33,326 bases of DNA from Phycisphaeraceae bacterium. GTDB lineage: Bacteria; Planctomycetota; Phycisphaerae; Phycisphaerales; Zrk34. Positions 30,142-33,326 of this stretch are shown here, in pieces (the first letter of the stretch is position 1; each line of letters begins with the position of its first letter). Both the position numbers and the translations under genes were made by a program. The notes beneath the pieces are model-generated. The model had not been told where the DNA came from. It saw nothing but the letters and a program-made list of their open reading frames with translations, and made no database searches. The DNA lies in the NCBI GenBank assembly GCA_040905565.1, contig JBBDRF010000024.1, forward strand, positions 1-33,326. The letters are read 5' to 3'.

Positions 30142-32154
30142 ATGGCCAGGGATGACATCGTTACAGACGGCCACCACACGGGCGCAGCGCCACCCGTCGA
30201 TCGCGCAGCGGGCGGCGTCGCGGCTGAATCGCCAGGCAGTCGAGCGCAGGCCGCCTTGGCCTCGGCGGTCGACTGGATGTTTAGCCAGCAGCATGATGAC
30301 GGCCACTGGTGCGCCGAGTTAGAAGGCGACTCGATCCTTCAGAGCGAGTACATCCTCTACAAGTGGATCCTCGGCCACGAGGACGATGAACGCATCCCCC
30401 GCATCGCCGCCTACCTGCGCCGGCAGCAGCAATCGGACGGCACGTGGGCGCAATATCCCACGCCCGGCGGGCCGAGCCCGATGGACCTTTCCGCGACGGT
30501 CAAGGGCTATTTTGTGCTCAGGTTGATGGGTGACGATCCCGACGCAGAACACATGCGTCAGGCCCGTCAAGCGATTCTCGCCGGCGGCGGCGCGGAACGC
30601 GTCAACAGCTTTACCAAGTTCTACCTTGCCTGTCTGGGACAGATTGATTGGTCCGCCCAGCCGAGTATTCCGCCGGAGATCGTATTTCTGCCCAGATGGT
30701 CTTACTTTCACCTGGACAAGCTCTCGGCCTGGACGCGGACGATGATCCTGCCGCTGTCGATCGTGACCACCTACCGGCCGACACGACGCCTGCCGTCCGA
30801 TAAGTCGATTGACGAGCTCTACGTCAATCCGAAGTGTCGTCGCAAACTCATCGCCACGCAGGACCGCCCGCACCCGTTCTGGTCGCGGTTTTTCCTCGTG
30901 GCCGATCGCGGGCTGAAGCTGGTGCATCAGCTGGGCCTGCCGCCATGGCGCAGGCGGGCGATCACGTGGATTGAAGATTGGCTGCACAAGCACCTGGTCA
31001 AGTCAGACGGCGTCGGCGCGATTTTCCCGCCGATGGTTTACATCCAGATCGCCCTCCGCTGCCTCGGTTATCCCGATGATCACCCAACGCTTGTCAAAGC
31101 CCGTAGGGACCTTGATGCCTTCATGATTCATGATGCGGAGACCGGCGAAATCCGCATTCAGCCGTGCTTTTCACCGGTGTGGGATACGGGTATCGCTACG
31201 TTCGCATTGACTGAGGCCGGCCTGACGCGCGAGCATCCCGGGATGGCCCGTGCCGCACGGTGGCTGGTCAGCAAGGAATGTCGCTTTGAAGGCGACTGGA
31301 AAGCCAACGTTCCCAAAGACGTCGAGCCCGCCGGCTGGTTCTTTGAATACAACAACTATTTCTACCCCGACGTGGATGACACAGCCATGGTCTGCATGGC
31401 GCTGAAGCGCGTGGGCGGCGAGGATGCCATTGCCGCAGCCGGGCGCGGCGTGGCATGGAACCTCGTCATGCAGAACGATGATGGCGGGTGGGCTGCGTTC
31501 GACCGCGGCGCCCAGAACCGCCCGATTCTGGACCAAGTGCCGTTCGCCGACCACAACGCCATGCAGGACCCGTCCTGCCCGGATATCACCGGCCGCGTGT
31601 TTGAGTCGCTCGGCTGGCACGGCTATACCGTGAACGACGACGTGGTCCAACGCGGCATGGCACACATCCGCATTCATCAGCAACACGACGGCTGCTGGTT
31701 CGGTCGATGGGGCGTCAACTACATCTATGGCACCTTCGAGGTGCTCTGCGGCCTGCACGCCGTCCAGGCCGACATGACTCAGGCGTGGATTCAAAAGGCT
31801 GGGCAATGGCTGCGCGATCACCAGAACGCGGACGGCTCGTTCGGCGAATCGCCGGACACCTACGAAGACCCGACCCTGCGCGGCCAGGGCCCCCCCACCG
31901 CCAGCCAGACCGCCTGGGGCGTGATGGGCATGATGGCGGTCTATGGCCCCGAAGACGAAGCCGTTCAGCGCGGCATCCGCTGGCTGTGCAACACACAGCT
32001 TGCCGAAGGAACGTGGGCTGAGCCATGGTTCACCGGCACGGGCTTTCCGCGCGTGTTTTACCTGCGTTATCACTACTATCGCCACTATTTTCCATTGATG
32101 GCCCTCGGCCGATGGCTGCGGTTGCAAGGCGCGTTGCCTGACCTGACGGCGTGA
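30142..32154 (+). CDS. shc: Squalene-hopene cyclase
   Basis: DVDDTA (DXDD) motif, QW repeats (QHDDGHW, QNDDGGW, QQHDGCWFGRWGVNYIYGT), SPVWDT and GTGFPRVFYLRY. Confidence 0.96.
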   Translation: MARDDIVTDGHHTGAAPPVDRAAGGVAAESPGSRAQAALASAVDWMFSQQHDDGHWCAELEGDSILQSEYILYKWILGHEDDERIPRIAAYLRRQQQSDGTWAQYPTPGGPSPMDLSATVKGYFVLRLMGDDPDAEHMRQARQAILAGGGAERVNSFTKFYLACLGQIDWSAQPSIPPEIVFLPRWSYFHLDKLSAWTRTMILPLSIVTTYRPTRRLPSDKSIDELYVNPKCRRKLIATQDRPHPFWSRFFLVADRGLKLVHQLGLPPWRRRAITWIEDWLHKHLVKSDGVGAIFPPMVYIQIALRCLGYPDDHPTLVKARRDLDAFMIHDAETGEIRIQPCFSPVWDTGIATFALTEAGLTREHPGMARAARWLVSKECRFEGDWKANVPKDVEPAGWFFEYNNYFYPDVDDTAMVCMALKRVGGEDAIAAAGRGVAWNLVMQNDDGGWAAFDRGAQNRPILDQVPFADHNAMQDPSCPDITGRVFESLGWHGYTVNDDVVQRGMAHIRIHQQHDGCWFGRWGVNYIYGTFEVLCGLHAVQADMTQAWIQKAGQWLRDHQNADGSFGESPDTYEDPTLRGQGPPTASQTAWGVMGMMAVYGPEDEAVQRGIRWLCNTQLAEGTWAEPWFTGTGFPRVFYLRYHYYRHYFPLMALGRWLRLQGALPDLTA

Positions 32155-32230
32155 TGCGCCATCGTCGCGAGAGTGGTTTGCCGAGGGTCTGGCCGATCTG
32201 AAATCGCGTCAACTGCGTACAATGAGCATC

Positions 32231-33326
32231 ATGTTTTTCTCATTACTGAAGTCGGATCAGGTTGGCCGGTACAAGGACATCGCCTGGGTGCTGTTCAAGC
32301 ATGGCGGGCGGGAACTGGTCGATCATTTCGGCTTTGGCGAAGTCGTCGATGACGAATGGGTTGACGGTGAGCAGACGGTCAACGCGGAAGAACTCGCCGA
32401 TGACCTGGAACGGCTCGGCCCGACGTTCGTGAAGCTGGGCCAGGTGCTTTCCAGCCGGGCGGACCTGCTGCCGATGCCATACCTCAAGGCGCTCTCGCGC
32501 TTGCAGGACGAGGTTGAGCCGTTCGCCTATGAGGAGGTGGAGCGGATCGTGGTGGAGGAGTTCGGCGCGGCGCCGAGCGAGTTGTTTGCCACCTTTGAGG
32601 TTGAGCCGATGGCCGCTGCGTCGCTGGGGCAGGCGCATCGTGCAACGCTCGCCGGTGGGCAGCGCGTGGTGGTCAAGATTCAACGACCCGGCATTCGTGA
32701 ACGCGTACAGAATGATCTGGACGCACTGCACCAGATCGCCCGGTGGATTGATGAGCACAGCGAGCTTGGCCGACGATATCACTTCCTTTCGACCATTCGC
32801 CAGTTTCGTCGAAGCTTGATGCGCGAACTGGACTACACGCGCGAGGCGGACAACCTGCGCACGCTCAGCCATAACCTGGAGGAATTTGAAAAGATCGTCG
32901 TGCCAGCCCCGATTGACGAGCTTTGTTCCGGCCGGGTGCTGACGATGCAGTGGATGGACGGGTGCAAGATCACCGAGATCACGCCGGAGCAACGCACACA
33001 AGTCGACGGCAACGCCCTGCTCGACGAACTTTTTCATGCGTATCTCAAGCAGGTATTGCAGGACGGCTTTTTCCACGCCGACCCGCATCCAGGCAACGTC
33101 CTGTTGACGCGCCGCGGGCGCGTGGGGATTATCGACCTGGGGATGGTCGGGCATCTGGACGAGTCGTTGCAGGAGAGTCTGCTGAACCTGCTGATCGCGG
33201 TAAGCGAAGGGCGAAGCGACGATGCAGCCGACTTGGCGATGAGTGTGGGCGACAGTTCCGAAGTCTTTGATCCGAAGACGTTCCGCTCGGGCATGCGCGA
33301 AGTGCTCAGCGAACATCGCGAGCAAA
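32231..33326 (+). CDS. ABC1/UbiB/AarF family atypical kinase (truncated at the window end)
   Basis: Not in the ORF track. Manual translation gives MFFSLLKSDQVGRYKDIA...LERLGPTFVKLGQVLSSRADLLP...AAASLGQAH...VKIQRPG...ELDY...FFHADPHPGN...IDLGMVG. Confidence 0.92.
   Translation, partial: MFFSLLKSDQVGRYKDIAWVLFKHGGRELVDHFGFGEVVDDEWVDGEQTVNAEELADDLERLGPTFVKLGQVLSSRADLLPMPYLKALSRLQDEVEPFAYEEVERIVVEEFGAAPSELFATFEVEPMAAASLGQAHRATLAGGQRVVVKIQRPGIRERVQNDLDALHQIARWIDEHSELGRRYHFLSTIRQFRRSLMRELDYTREADNLRTLSHNLEEFEKIVVPAPIDELCSGRVLTMQWMDGCKITEITPEQRTQVDGNALLDELFHAYLKQVLQDGFFHADPHPGNVLLTRRGRVGIIDLGMVGHLDESLQESLLNLLIAVSEGRSDDAADLAMSVGDSSEVFDPKTFRSGMREVLSEHREQ

Noticed and set aside
30142..32154. Oxidosqualene (sterol) cyclase
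   Set aside because: The catalytic motif is DXDD (DVDDTA), the squalene-hopene cyclase type, not DCTAE.
32243..33325. 360-aa minus-strand ORF
   Set aside because: It is antisense to the plus-strand ABC1 kinase, which carries the family motifs.

Overview
High-GC bacterial chromosomal segment, probably from a Planctomycete (Phycisphaerae-like); this is inferred from gene style and content, not proven. Most of the window is housekeeping genes in short transcription units: trpA, fpr, recO, a UDP-glucuronate decarboxylase, recG, a YegS-type lipid kinase, ilvD, holA, clpC, pgk, squalene-hopene cyclase and an ABC1/UbiB kinase. It also has several exported or lipoprotein hypotheticals and an FdhF/YdeP-FdhD-MetE-core cluster. 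At the left edge, a tRNA-Ser(CGA) is followed by a truncated ORF missing from the ORF track. That ORF has an AT-hook and an integrase-like N-terminus and is preceded by a 16-bp inverted repeat made of two back-to-back TATAAT-N6-ATG units, so it is probably the border of a tRNA-integrated element. Other signals are many leaderless-type promoters, heptamer-period palindromic arrays (one in frame inside recG), REP-like doublets and two sigma-54-like motifs. I found no CRISPR array, rRNA or complete mobile element, and no complete novel system can be demonstrated inside the window.
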